Assembly: GCA_036172245.1 (NCBI GenBank)
Contig: JAYWIR010000022.1
Location: 1,116,001 to 1,180,000, forward strand
Length of the DNA: 64,000 nucleotides
From: Raillietiella orientalis
Taxonomy: Eukaryota
Direction of reading: 5' to 3'
The position numbers and the translations under genes are program-made. The notes below the pieces were generated by a model, which saw only the letters and a list, made by a program, of their open reading frames with translations, was not told the DNA's origin and did no database searches. This document shows positions 45,484 through 57,799 of the stretch, piece by piece (position 1 is the first letter of the stretch; each line of letters opens with the position of its first letter).

Positions 45484-47336
45484 CCCGTTAAGCAGCGAGT
45501 CCGACGTACACATTCGTTTTGCAAAGGCGCCTTTGGGGTGCGTTTGACGAATATATGCGCGCCGTGGGGGGGAAAAAAAGTACGCCTTGCCATCAAAATA
45601 CGAAATTTTAGTGGAAACTTGAAATAAAAATCTCATTCATTTGCGGATTTTGCATGTATTCTGATCAGCACTGCACTGTGCCATGACCTTATTCCTTTTT
45701 TTATCAAAGCATTTTTGCAGGGTATGCCAACCAAACCAAAAATCCTTCTTCTTTTTACATCCTGGATTTGTTTACATAGTTTTCACACAACTGAAGCTCC
45801 GGTTGAGGAAAATAATAATGTTCCTCAACGAAAGCTTCAATTACTTTCCTCAGTTAAGGCTTCAAACGATTCGTTTTGGAGATCTGTGTAAGATATAAGC
45901 GTAATTTTAGTCTTCCCGTTTTGAAGATGGCCAAAACGTGACTTCAAGAAGCAGAATTTCTAAAACTGAAGCTGTTTGGAAAAATATCCAACATGAATGC
46001 AAATCCTTATGTATTCCCGAATATGCAAATATCTTCATTTGTGTTGATGGATCCTTGTTCTTATGGAAAGGGCGATTGTCTCGGAAACAGTATACATATA
46101 CCCTCTAAAAGGAGTCGTTTTGGAATAAAAATGTTTCGACTTATGCGAAAGCCAATTTGGACCGACTTGGAATTTCTGTGCATACAACGGCAGAAATAAA
46201 GATGGTGGTCAACATTGCCCTCAGTAGAAGACCGCGACTCGCATCGTGCTTGAACTTTCTCATGACCTCTTAGGCCAGGGATGGAAATTCTATTGGGATA
46301 ACTGGTACACGAGTATGGAACTCGCACAGAAACTATGTACTTGCAAGACAGACGTTATTGGTACATTGAGACAGCAGAGACTTGGCATTCCTGAAGATAT
46401 AAAAACAACTCGTCCAAAGGAAGGTCAGTGCTTTGCAAGATGTGACAACAAAATCACGTTATTGAAGTAACGGGACAAAGGGGATGTACTGTTCCTCAGT
46501 ACGATACATGGCGCCAATACGATGGAAACAGAGAAACGAGGTGTTGTGAAAGGGGAGCTTGGAGTGGTTGTTGACTGTGGAAAAGAAAAGTGGGTGGAGT
46601 GGACAGAAGCGGTGGTACAATTGCAGCGTATACTCTGGCAAGAGAGAGGTTAAAGAAGTATTGCAGGATGAAAATATTTCTCCATCTTTTAGACTTCATG
46701 TGCTCGAATGCCTATTTATTATATGAAAAAGACAATGGAAAATGAAATCGATTCAATTTTTGGCTCGAACAAATTACTGAGGAATCTTCAGCTCGAGGAA
46801 CTGTGACAGCTGGTCGACCAACTGCCAAGGCTATACCTCTCATCGGAAAACACTTTCCAAATTTTATACCATCCACATTACCAAAAACACTGCGAAGATG
46901 GATCGTGTGGTGTTCAAAAAATGGCATTCGTAAGGAAAGTCGATGTTGGTGTTTGACCTGTGAGGTGTCACTTTGTGTCGTATCTTGCTTTGAGCAATAT
47001 CATGCTGCAAAATCAGATTGGATTTCTCATGAGTGTTTTCATTTTTCTTATGTATGGAGTTTCTTATTTTCAAGGGCGTCCACCAAACAGCTGAGCGCGT
47101 GAGCGCTGCGGCGGCTCGCATCACCCCTTCGCTCTTTCTTTTTCTTTCTCTGTTATTTCTTTTCAATGGGATCACTGCTAGGAATAGGATGCTGCAGATC
47201 CTGGGTCGTACTTCCCTAGTAGCTTTCCTCTGAGCCCTTTGCCGCTCTTTCCCATAGCAGCACGTCAAGGTGCAAAATTCACAAAGGATGCGTTTGCTGT
47301 GCGTTTGACGTATCTATTCGTTTTCTCCGATGTTAA
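45484..47336 (+). mobile_element. Decayed piggyBac DNA transposon (PGBD4-like transposase pseudogene)
   Basis: ICVDGSLFLWKGRL...YIPSKRSRFGIK, FYWDNWYTS...GTLR, RDKGDVLFLSTIH and GVD carry the DDD triad; a C-terminal Cys-rich domain RKESRCWCLTCEVSLCVVSCFEQYH ends ~47005. Stops and frameshifts are present. Left end ttga|CCCGTTAAGC with GACG-N-ATA-type subterminal motifs at 45503 and 45546, repeated at 47307. The right TIR is degenerate, so that end is approximate. Confidence 0.88.
47068..47272 (-). repeat. ~200-bp dispersed repeat, an inverted copy of 56925-57140 (LINE ORF2 linker fragment)
   Basis: Shares TAGGAATAGGATGCTGCAGATCCTGGGTCGTACTTC exactly with the reverse complement of ~56988-57023, plus flanking similarity (GGGCGTCCACCAA...GCATC-CCCCTTC and GCAC-TCAAGGTGC). 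Confidence 0.9.
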
Positions 47337-47808
47337 TTACTCCCCCACTGGTGCACTTTGGAGAAAAAATTACTCACTTGACAGGTTGTTGTTATTCACA
47401 ATAAATGACTCGTTTCTATTACTGAATTTTTTGCTGTATTAATCGCATCATTTCTGCGATTATCATTGTAAACATTTCGTTTGTTGCTGTGATTTGATTT
47501 ACCAGGAAGGTGGTTTATGTAAGTGCTGATTTATTTGAGGAAAGCTTCTGGTATTTAATATTCAGGCGAGTCGCCTTCGTAACGGCGAATGGTTCAAATG
47601 GTTCTTACAATGGCTTAGTTGTAACCACAGTTAACGAAAGCATGGATCTAAAATGGAATCTTGGATTTTGGAACTATGGGAATTGATGAAGCACTCTCCA
47701 AGATGAGAGTTCACAAACCGGAGTGTAGCGAAAACAATTATTTACGTTAATCGATCGCTCTAATCATGTGATTATAGAGAGGGAAGAGAATGAGGATAAA
47801 AAACCGTC

Positions 47809-48090
47809 ATGTGGAAGCTGGCATGTGTTTCAGTGAATGGAACTAAAACTAAGCTTGAGGCTTTGTCACGCGAAAGTTTCATTGTGGAATGCTCGTGCCC
47901 AGGGCATGAGCCCGTGCGTGTTGAGTTTGCTGTAGTGTCCATGGGTGTTCAAGATTTGATGATAAAGTTCACTAGAAAGAGGAGCAACGAAAGGAGTGGG
48001 TTCATAGAAGCATTGATTAGAAAGAACGTAAGCTTAACAAATCTGGAAGTAAAAGGCGATACATTGTCTTCTCATGTTCCCAGATATTAA
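47809..48090 (+). mobile_element. Possible LINE ORF1 (RRM-like) fragment
   Basis: PVRVEFAVVSMGVQDLMIKF...LIRKNVSLTNLEVKGDTL resembles the Tx1/L1 ORF1 region upstream of the knuckle. Weak. Confidence 0.3.
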
Positions 48091-48139
48091 GGGAAATGCT
48101 ATTAAGCAAATGTTATTAAGCAAACGTCATCAAGGGAAA
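48085..48139. repeat. Short tandem repeat with a ~14-bp unit (about 3.5 copies)
   Basis: tattaaggg-aaatgctattaagc-aaatgttattaagc-aaacgtcatcaagg. Confidence 0.8.
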
Positions 48140-48817
48140 CCAAGAAGTGCTCAAAATAAATTATTAGAGAGATGCGCGTTAATCTTATGATTAGACCCCT
48201 CTTTCCTCAGGAAGGAATTCAATTGCAACCAAATGGGGAATTTTTTCGTTATACCTGCTTAGAGCGTAAGCGCTAATTCGCTCCAATTGACTAGGTGACT
48301 AATCGACTCAACTTAAAATGCCTGTTGTCTTAAGCAGCCATGCAAAATGGCGAATGCAGAACTCAGGTAACATTCTGTAAGACGGAGGGTTCTATTGCTT
48401 TGACGCACTGATTCTGGATTGCCGGAAAGTGTACAATCACAAGGATTTGTGATTCTACACGTCACTTGCAACAGTTTCAGATTTCATCATGGGATGTTGA
48501 AGTGGTCCGGACGTGGTTAAGTGGCAGTCTTCTCGCTTAGTTCGGGGTAATCTCGTATTTCTCAAAAATACAGAAATCATGTATGTCTATTGGAATGTGA
48601 TCATCGGTAGCGTACAAATTTTCAAGAAAACATCATATCGTGTGTGTGTGTGTTTTTAATAAACAGCAGTGGCTATTGAAATGTATTTCATCAGTTGATG
48701 CCAAACTTATTACGGCAGAGTTATATTCAAGTTTTTAGGACAGCTGCTTGCAATAAAATTGCAGTTTTTTCTTTTGAAGAATTTTCGTCTTCTCAGGTAC
48801 AGCAAGCAGGATCAACT

Positions 48818-49726
48818 TCATCTCCACTGTGAGTACTCCAACGCACCATCTTCATGCTTGGGGTTAAAAGAGCACTCATTGGTCATTCTGTAAGCTTTTC
48901 CATCTTGTTTTCATCTACCTTGGACGTTTTTGTTTTTCTTCAATAATGCTTTTCACGTTGTTTAGAGGTATGCATTTTCACTCATTTTATGGTGTAACTT
49001 GTCCAGTTCCATGGCCGTGCAGCTCCATGATCTAAAAATTTCCTATGGCAATCGACAGTTTTGTTTGCGGCTGTTTCCATACCCAGTTTAAGGCCTAGAA
49101 GTGCATCTCATTTTCATATTTGAAGGAAACTGAAAAGTCCAAGCGTCCAAGAGAGCTAAAGTTTCAAGCAAATCTCCTGTTTATTGGTCATGGTTTACTC
49201 ATGATGCATTTGCAGTTCATACCTCAACCCAATGTCTTCCCTATTTTGTTGGTCCAAAGAACATGCGGTGATCGAAAGTGAAAGCATCTGCGTCAGTTTT
49301 GCTCGAGAGGACTTTCGGAAAATGCGTTCTTCTATCCATTCTATCATCGTAAAACAGTCGTTGCGTGTTCTTTTTTTTTTTGTATAACCTACTCCAGTAG
49401 CTGTGTCTGTATTTCAGGATGTTTTTTTTATTACGCGGTATACATGGAAGCATGTAGCATGCTTCCAGCTACAGACGTGGTCCCAGTCTCTTCTGCATCG
49501 AAACCCAGGATCAGATCGATTTGTTGGTGATGCTGCTCCAGAAATCGTCCCCCATCACAACAATCTGTACAACCTGGCACTGGTCAGGATCGTCTTTTTG
49601 ACATCACTTGTTTACCATGTGGCTTCATGTGTGAAATTCAACACCCAATTCACTGTCAGAAGAGTACGTTGATCATCGCAGGAATTTGGTATATCCTGAT
49701 TCAGCATTCCCTTCCCATCCCCGGCC
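48818..49726 (-). CDS. 3' exons of an unidentified gene (probably extends upstream toward ~52 kb)
   Basis: Exons 49726-49668, 49564-~49463, 49340-49223 and 48887-48818 can be joined in phase: AGDGKGMLNQDIPNSCDDQHCCDGGRFLEQHHQQIDLIL...WIEERIFRKSSRAKLTQMLSLSITACSLDQQNREDIGLRMTNECSFNPKHEDGALEYSQWR*. No family recognised. Confidence 0.4.
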
Positions 49727-52700
49727 CTGGTTTTGCGTACGCAATGTGTGGCTAGTTCACTTTTTTTCCTTTGATGTAAGAATGCATCTGTTCTTAGAGT
49801 GTGAAACAAATAAAAAACATGGTACAGAAACAAAGATGTGTTCTTAAGGAACATGGTTTTCTAATAAGCCTCGATCTCTATTTGGAAATGGAAACGTAGT
49901 GGTATGTGTGACCTAAAATGAAGCTTAGTATACTGCATAGTAAATTATAAATTCAAATCCCGCACCTCTGAGTGCAGAAAATTCGTATTAATTGATTGAA
50001 TTTCTTAAAGAATTCATCATGTCGAAGCGGTTGTCCCTATACCACTGATACTCTAATTTTGGGATTTTTGAATGTTAAGAGTGCGAAGTGCTGCATTTCT
50101 TTGTTCCCCATTTGTATATTTATTTTTAAAGGATGAGTGGAACGAAGAGCCATCTTTACGATATCCAATGAGCACCTCATTAATAGATGACTCTTAGTTT
50201 CACTCGCACATATACTGATAAATTTGGATGGCTATATCCGGACCCATTGCATTATAGAAAATTCTGCCTGCCAAGTTCCTATTCTGTTTTTCTCCTGCAT
50301 TTATTTTAAAATTCTGCTAATGATTCTTTTTGATTCTAAGTGTAAAGGCCACCGGGAATTAGTGTTCCTCTCATCAAGTGACAGATCTTTGGATTTCTAA
50401 TTCTCTCGCTCATTGGTGAGGTTATTCCAGTCATGATCTTTTGCTGCTGACATAGACCAGAGGCAGACTATTTTTTTTTCACTCTCTCTCTCTCCCCCCC
50501 AGAAATTTCGGCCTAAACTGAAAAGCAAAAAAGCCGAGAGAAAGCCAGCATTTTATGAATGTTGCACGCCTACTTCCAAACACGGGAATATCCCGATCCT
50601 AGAATCGGAGTCCCGAGGCATGGCAAAAACCAGTCGTGCATTGGCCTGATTGGATGCTGAAAATTTGGACCCAATTCGCTCAATGTAAAGCTCACGGGAA
50701 TATTGCGGCGATGCAGTTGCATTTTTTTCTTCCTCTCTCTCTCTCTCTGGAAAAATGACAGCACAGTTTTCAATTCGCTCCTCTTCCCATGTCTACGGAT
50801 TGATGTTCGTGCTGTATGTACTTACACTATAAATGAAACATCCCAAGGTTAAGCGAACACCTGCCTCCTCGGGAGAAAACGTACATGGAATTTTGTAAGC
50901 TGGCGTTTTTGTATTTTTCTCCAAAATTGCTTCCCTCATAGGCAAGTTGCTCATCATAAACATGATTCCACGTAGAGCTCGTGGCATCCAGAAGGACTCT
51001 GTGGACTCTGTGGCATTTTGAAGGACAACATTTGGGATTCTATCGGTTTGCACACGAAAAGTCTGCCTCCAGCTTCTCTCCAAGGAACACCTGTCTGCGG
51101 AAAACAGGATTTGGCTTTAGAGTAAATCATTATGCAGTTCATTCCCGGGCTTACGTCGTTCGATGGAACCTTCGTTAACCAGCATGGTTGTGCTTGGGAT
51201 CAGCCATTCCTGAGCGTTCATCCAGCACCTGGAAAGGTTTCGATAATCTTCCTCCTCGGAGCAATGGCAGTCAACGAATTGGCCATCAGCGTTCTGGATG
51301 TCTTTTGCCGATTAATGGTCAGTAATTCCTTTTGCATCGTAATTTTCATTTTTTTTTTTTTTTTTTTTTTTGGGGGGGGGGGGTCTTTGTGATCGCGAAA
51401 TTTGCGATCCAAAGCAGCGGTTCGATCGGATGTCTTAAAGATTGGATTCAGAGCGGCGTGATATTTTGCAACATCGGAAACCTTTCTTTCTGTTCGATAG
51501 TTGTCCTAAGAAATCATCCGATTGAAATCCGACACTCACCATGGAGACTGCTCTGGCAAATCAGTGAGCCTTTTTGTCTGATGATCGTTTTATTCGATAA
51601 ACACTGCAATATAGTAAACACATGGATGTAGGCATAGTGTCCATAGTTTCTAACGATCCACGATGATGGGAAATTTGGCGCACTGGCTCATGGCAAAAGC
51701 GGTTTTCCTACCATCTGCCTTTAAGCAGAGAATCTTCTCGGCTTAAAAGAAAAAAGTCCACCGCAAGCGCTTTCCGGATTTCAAATAAAAGACTCAATCC
51801 TTAGTGCTGCGGTTGCCAAATCACTGACAGCTATCTTGGGTGGCGGCACAATTCGCTTTTTAAGTCAATGGAAAGAATAATGATGGGGCATTTCCGTCTC
51901 AATGTTGACGAAATATTCTCTGTAAATGTACACAAGGGCTTCGTCAGATTCTCTGAAAAGGAATGCCAAGTAGAAAAAAAAAGAAAAAATTCAGCCTGGA
52001 GACTCTGGAAATGAGACAAACTGTGCCTTTTTATGCAGATCTTTAGACATACCCCAATGTGATACATCGGTGTTCCATAGCCACGAATCGATACCGGCCT
52101 TTCTAAAATTCAATTGCCGCCGAGAGTGATGTATGGCGAGAGTATGGCATAAGCAGTCGAACACCATAAAGAAGGAAAATCATAATGGGAAATGGCCGAA
52201 CTAATCTTCTGTTCATTATCATTAATATGCAGCTTTTCACTCGTTTTCCTCCGGCGTACTGATCGTTAGGAGGTTCCACGATTCGAGATTCAGCTGTAGG
52301 AAATGAACTGTGTTCGATTCAATTTTCGTTCCAAAAAGTTTTCAATTTTCTAATCATGTTTCATCATTCTATTAGACGCATTTGGTTTGGTGGAGATTCA
52401 AATCACTCGAAATGATTCATGCTCCTGCATTCATGACGCAGGATGGAAATTTCCTTTGGAGAGTGACTGAAAATGAAATGGTCGTAATAAGCAGCCTGAA
52501 AGCGGAATGAAGCAAAGTTGCCGACCAAGAAACACGGATTCCCTCGGAAGAAAAATCAAAGACGCGTAATCCAGGACCATTGGTTTGGATTCTCTTGAAA
52601 TTGCGAGAATAGAGGAAACCATAAGGCAGTTCGGAAAATCCAGGATAACATTTGCCTGTTTTCTCCGTGTCTAATGAAACACAGGTCCTCCTTGGCGTAA

Positions 52701-54239
52701 ATCGGGAAGCAGGCCCTCTCACGACTCGGTTTTGTGCAATGTCGGTTGCTTATTCCACTGAAGCTCATGTGGAAAATGTTTCCTTTGAGCTCATCTGCCG
52801 AAAGAGATCTGGCGCTCAACGGCGGTTGCTCTGGGAAAGCAACGGAACTACGTCTGTGATGTGGTGAAAGTTCTCTCATTTCTATTCAGCTCTTTCTACA
52901 TTATTTTCGGTTCGTACATGTTCGACAATTCTCGAAATGTCCAAAGGAAACTTTTGTGGAGTTCAAAGTCTTCTGGAAGGAACATACGCGCATGTTGATG
53001 AACAGCATTGTGATGTATGTGTTATGATGCGGAGGCAGATTATCGATCCTCATCTTTCTGTAGAAGGAGTAGAAAACTAGAAAAACTTTAGTATGAAAAA
53101 TAGAAGAATCCAGATGCAACACATGAAAGAGAGCGTCGGATGTTTCTGCCTTTGTGTTGTTCAGCGTAAAATGATATTCGAGGAGCAAGTTTCATCTGTT
53201 TGTTTGTTTGTTTTTTCTTTTTAACAAGAAAGGAATGCTGGCAACTCTTTCTAGGAGTTATTCATGATACAGAAATCCCCCAAAATAGATCAAAATCAGA
53301 TTCCGTACATTTATGCAAATGCTTATGCAATCTATATGCATGAAATTCCTAAATAACTGGGGTGAATTCACATCTCTGCAAGGCCGGTGAAGAAACCATA
53401 TTCATAAAACCGAAACCAATGTGAAGCTTCTTTAAACAAATGCGGAACTCAACAGGTGCTGATATCTGTTTAATGAGGAAAAAAAAAAAAAAAAAGCATT
53501 GCTTTACCATCCCTGGTCTGGCTCGATTGACTCATTCTTCTGATGTTCAAATTTTAGCTTTTTAACGAGCTTTCGACCTGCTGGCACTCTGCATAGCTGG
53601 CCAGCCTTGCGTTCTCTGCATTTAGTCTGATCCGTGTCTTTCATCTCGAGCAGTGCTTCATCGAAACCCAAGGTATTGTATATGCAATGGTTTGCCAGTA
53701 GTTCTTTTCAATCGCCAATCCCAATTGCAGCCAATCCCATTACAGATATTCCGCAGGAGTTGTCCATTTGATATTCGTTCTTTAAGGAAGAATTTTCGCT
53801 ATCTGAGGGAGATGTACCCAAGCTTCACTGTCCTCCACTGATTGCTGCGCATCTGTGCCTGTTCTTTGTTGCTGTTGTTTCCCAGACTTGAAGTTGGAGA
53901 TTACTCTTTGTCTTGTATCTCTGAAAAGATTCCCATTCCATGTTCTCTTTGCTCTCTCTCTCATATTCTTCTATCAGCAGTAATCTTAGCGTGATCTGTT
54001 TGCAAATATCCCGCATCAGATGGCAATGTCGGCAGTGTTCGTGTCACTTACATGACCAATGCCTTTGGTTCAAAAAAGAGCTGTCATTCTTTGCATTCGC
54101 GTGTAAAGTATCCAGGAGAAACGGGCAAAATCAACGATTTCAATTGAAAAAAAAAAAAAAAAAAGAAGACAAACAACCAACCTCACGCTTGTTCTTTCGC
54201 CTCCCCTCTCCTTTCCTTCCCCCTCAAAAACGAGACTTG

Positions 54240-54850
54240 GCTTGAGATCAGAGCTGTTAATCCTTTTTGTTTACAATAAGCTAACAAAAGAAGTACCAGG
54301 GAACCATCGAAGATTCCTCGCATCTGATAGGTTCTCTGGTTCTCTGGCGAACTGCACAATTTTTTTCGGTCCCAAGGGTTCGCAGACTGCCAGAGGGCTG
54401 CACAGCAAAGTGGCGGCAATGTCCCCCCTCCCCTCTCCCCTCGGAAGTTCTTACCTGTTTCTGCATGTTCCCTCCATGAGCCATGAGCAGGCATCTGCAG
54501 CATCAGCGAGTCAGCTCAGAATTACGTGCGAGTCACGCAGGCGTTCTTGCCGCAAAAGTTTCGAAAGTCTCCGGAATGTAAATGGTGGAAGATCGCTCCG
54601 AACACTGAAACTTCTATCTGGATGCTTTTCTTCTGGTTCTTTTTTTCTGGGGAGGGAGGGAGAAGGATTTCCAGGCATCTAGGACCCAGGGGACCCAGCC
54701 TCATCTCACGCAAGCGGCATCCTCTCCGTTTTTCCCTTCCGCGAGACTTGGCTTTGATGCTCTCTTCCTATCAATTCATTTTGAGATCTCAAAAAGGCAA
54801 GGAATGAAGACAGGATCCAGCATCCGCATGCCGCTCGCATTTCCCCGTAT
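54240..54850 (+). mobile_element. LINE ORF2 C-terminal fragment
   Basis: LPQKFRKSPECKWWKIAPNTETSIWMLFF resembles a decayed CxxC...ETxxHLF knuckle. Confidence 0.4.
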
Positions 54851-55699
54851 TCTTTTCCACCTAAACCATTAATTCCTCTTTCACTCCTCTCCCGGAGGAA
54901 CGCGACCTGAAGATAAGGGCTCTTCTTCCCAGGAGTTCCGTGTCCATCTCAACCACCCTTCTTTCCGCCTTTCTGTTGCTCTGCATCGAAAAAAAGTAGA
55001 GAAATCTCTGCGAGGTTCGCGAAGCGACGCCTTTCCCTACCAGATGGCACATCTCTTGAAGGAATTTCCGTTGCGGAAGTGCAGGACGCGGTCTCTTTTA
55101 GCTGTGGGGAGCATTTCTTCTTCGAACTCATCCGAACCAGAACGGTCGATACGTCCCGAATCGTCCGGCGGCTTCATTCTGCGTCAATCTCAGAGTGATA
55201 ACCCAAGAAGAAGGGTCTCTGAAAACAAAGAAACGGAGGTCGCTGTCTCATCGTTTGAAACGGAAGCAGCAGATTTCCCCGCGAGACCTCTTTCCTAGTT
55301 TGCGGGTACCTGGGCCGAGATCAATGTGTCACTGCTTCCGGCACTCCCCAAATGGGTCATTCGGATGCAGATGTCGCACGCGGCCGGAGATGAGCTGGTT
55401 GGTGATGCACAGAGCTCAAGGAAGTGGATGGCAGAAAGAATCCGTTCTTTCCAGAGGCGCTTCGAATCGCCAGCAGTGCTGCTTCACGGGGTCACTGATG
55501 AAACGCGGCGTTTTTCTTATCATTTCTTTTTCAGAACCACCAGGAGATCGCGGAGAACATAAGGAATGAGAATAGAGCTTGGCAACCACGGATTTTATTC
55601 GAGAGTGGCAATGAAGGCTCGGCGACGAGTGCACGGCACTCGCAGCTCAGTGAGTAAAGGAAGGATCGAATCTAAGTTTGCCCTTTCGCGGGAACGCGC

Positions 55700-56810
55700 G
55701 AGAACCCCGACTTTCGGCTGCGTGCCCCAAACCTAGAGGAATGCATGTCGATCATGTGACGGGTGCTCGCTGATGCAAGAGGTGTCATAGAGTCTCCCAC
55801 CACCAGCTTCTAAGTCTCTCTCTCCCCCATTCCCCTCCCCGCTGATTGACGAGTGGAGATGGAAAAGGAGAGCCGATTGGCGTCTCGGAGCCTCCCTCCG
55901 AGACTCCGATCGGAGGAGAGTCGGGCGGTCCAACAGAGGCGAGGGCGGGACCTCCAGGGAAGATTTTCGTCCACCCTCTCCCCCGCTTGGCTTCCGACTT
56001 CTAGATGCCTACGACTCGAAAGGGAGGATGGGACTCCAACCGATTTTCCTGTCGGGCATATCGCGAGCAGGAAAATGATCCGACCTCCCTGAATGAGAGG
56101 GAATAGTTCCCTGCTCCTCCTTCCCCAAGGACTTCCATTCGCTTTCGTCCCAGCGGTTGAGACCCCTGCTCGTTTTCAAAAGATCTCCGGAGAGAACTAG
56201 CAGTTCCCCGTGCGGAAACTCTCCGATGCTTTTCATATGGATCGGAGGATTCCCTTGCATTGAGGAAGAGATCAGGTGCTCCGTTGTCCTCTCAGCACTC
56301 CCTCGAAGCACCTGAAGATGATCCTCTTGACGAAGCTGTGGTACCAAGCGCTCCTGGGAGCACTGGTCATCGCCAAGAGACTTGCATACGAGCGGCTGAA
56401 GTCGGGACTGTTTGTCCTGCACCCCCGTCGAGTTCACGCAGGCTCCGGAGACCGCCATCACCTCCGTCAGCTCCTCCCCTCCCCCCTCCCCCTCCTGCGA
56501 AAGACTAAGGATGTCACTGTCTTGCTTTGCATTGCCTCTCAGGTGTGCGTTCGTTTTCAGGTTGCCTGTACCAAAGGAGGAGAGCCGGTTCCAGAAAGTC
56601 CAGGAGAAAGGCGTCCGTGTGCTCCAAAGAGCTCCTCGGGACCGGGACGACTTGGAGCCGTGCGGACAGGAAGGTCAACCCGAACTCCGAAATATTCCTG
56701 AGCCTTTACAGAGTTTACATCTGGGACAAGTTCTGGAGGTCTTACATCTCGGAGAGCGCGTGTCGAGACTCCTCCGTGGAATGCATCCCGGATTCCGAGG
56801 CGTGTAGCTG
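55700..56810 (+). mobile_element. Tx1/L1-like LINE ORF2 C-terminal fragment
   Basis: TKLWYQALLGALVIAKRL followed by DCLSC...APET (knuckle remnant) and a terminal IWDKFW motif. Confidence 0.55.
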
Positions 56811-56879
56811 ATGCATATCCAGCTTCCTTGAACCCATAAAGTAGGGCACGAGGTCCTTGTGAACTCGTACGCTGCGCCA

Positions 56880-57600
56880 CATCCCTGAAGAGGCTGCACC
56901 GGATTCCAACCTCATTTGACGCCAGCAGCACCTTGATGTGCTCCTACGAGGAAGAGTGGCAGAGAAGGCTGAGAGGAAAGATACTATAGAAGTACGACCC
57001 AGGATCTGCAGCATCCTATTCCTATATCCATTGGGAATAGAAAAAAAAGGAAAAAAAAAAAAAAGAAAGAAAGATTGAAGGGGAGATGCGGGCAGCAGCA
57101 TCGTCCGAAGCGCCCAGCGGCTTGGTGGACGCCCGTGAAAAGAACATTCGGGCACTGGAAGCGCCCAAATGCGGGGAAGGTCTCATGGGACAAAGCACTC
57201 AGTCTGGAGGGAAGATCGAGACCGGGGTGCAGCGTTCGAAGTCCCGGCTCCTCTTCTTTCCTCCCTGGCTTCGTTCAGGACTCCTGCAGACACGACCCGC
57301 TCTCCCCCGTCCATCTTCTTTCTTCGACCCCTCCTTTTACCTTCCGCAGAGAGCTGCTGCTCTTCCTCCTCTTCCTTGAAAGCGCCCGGGATTCTGGAAC
57401 AGCTTCCCGGCCGCCTATGTGCCGCGAGCTGACGCTGGCCCGCAGGCTGCTTGGTCGAGGCAAAGAAGGGAGTGAGGGAATGCACCGCCGAGTCATGCCT
57501 CGATGGGCCGCCTCAGAAGCCCCTTCGGTCCTTCACACACGCTCCCATGGTCTAGTGCTCTTTAGGCGGGCATAACATCGGGGCAGAGAGAAAGGACTCC
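56880..57600 (+). mobile_element. Tx1/L1-like LINE ORF2 fragment (APE-RT linker and start of RT)
   Basis: YEEEWQRRLRGKIL*KYDPGS...KKERKIEG (linker), VRSPGSSSFLPGF (cf. KSPGxDGLPxEF), and SRPPMCRELTLARRLL (cf. RPISL...KILAxxL). Confidence 0.55.
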
Positions 57601-57799
57601 GGAATCTGAGCCTGCAGGACGTCTGAACGCTCCTACCTCGCCCACGGAGATGGGGATGGAACTTGCCGATTGTTGTAGGAAGAATACCATGCGTTTCCCG
57701 AAGGAATTCCCGAACCCCTTTGTCTCGTGTAAAGAAAAAGGGTATCGAAGAACTTGATTCTTCTCTCTTCTACGGATTTTCGGCTGGCCTAAGGGTTCC

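Noticed and set aside
48085..48139. Tandem 14-mers read as a CRISPR array or iterons
   Set aside because: No spacers, only ~3.5 degenerate copies, and the context is eukaryotic.
48500..48560. tRNA A-box-like GTGGTCCGGACGTGGTTAAG
   Set aside because: No B box and no cloverleaf; at most an unrecognisable SINE relic.
47068..57140. The inverted ~200-bp pair read as TIRs of a 10-kb DNA transposon
   Set aside because: The right copy is continuous with LINE ORF2 sequence, no TSD is visible, and the left copy lies inside the piggyBac.
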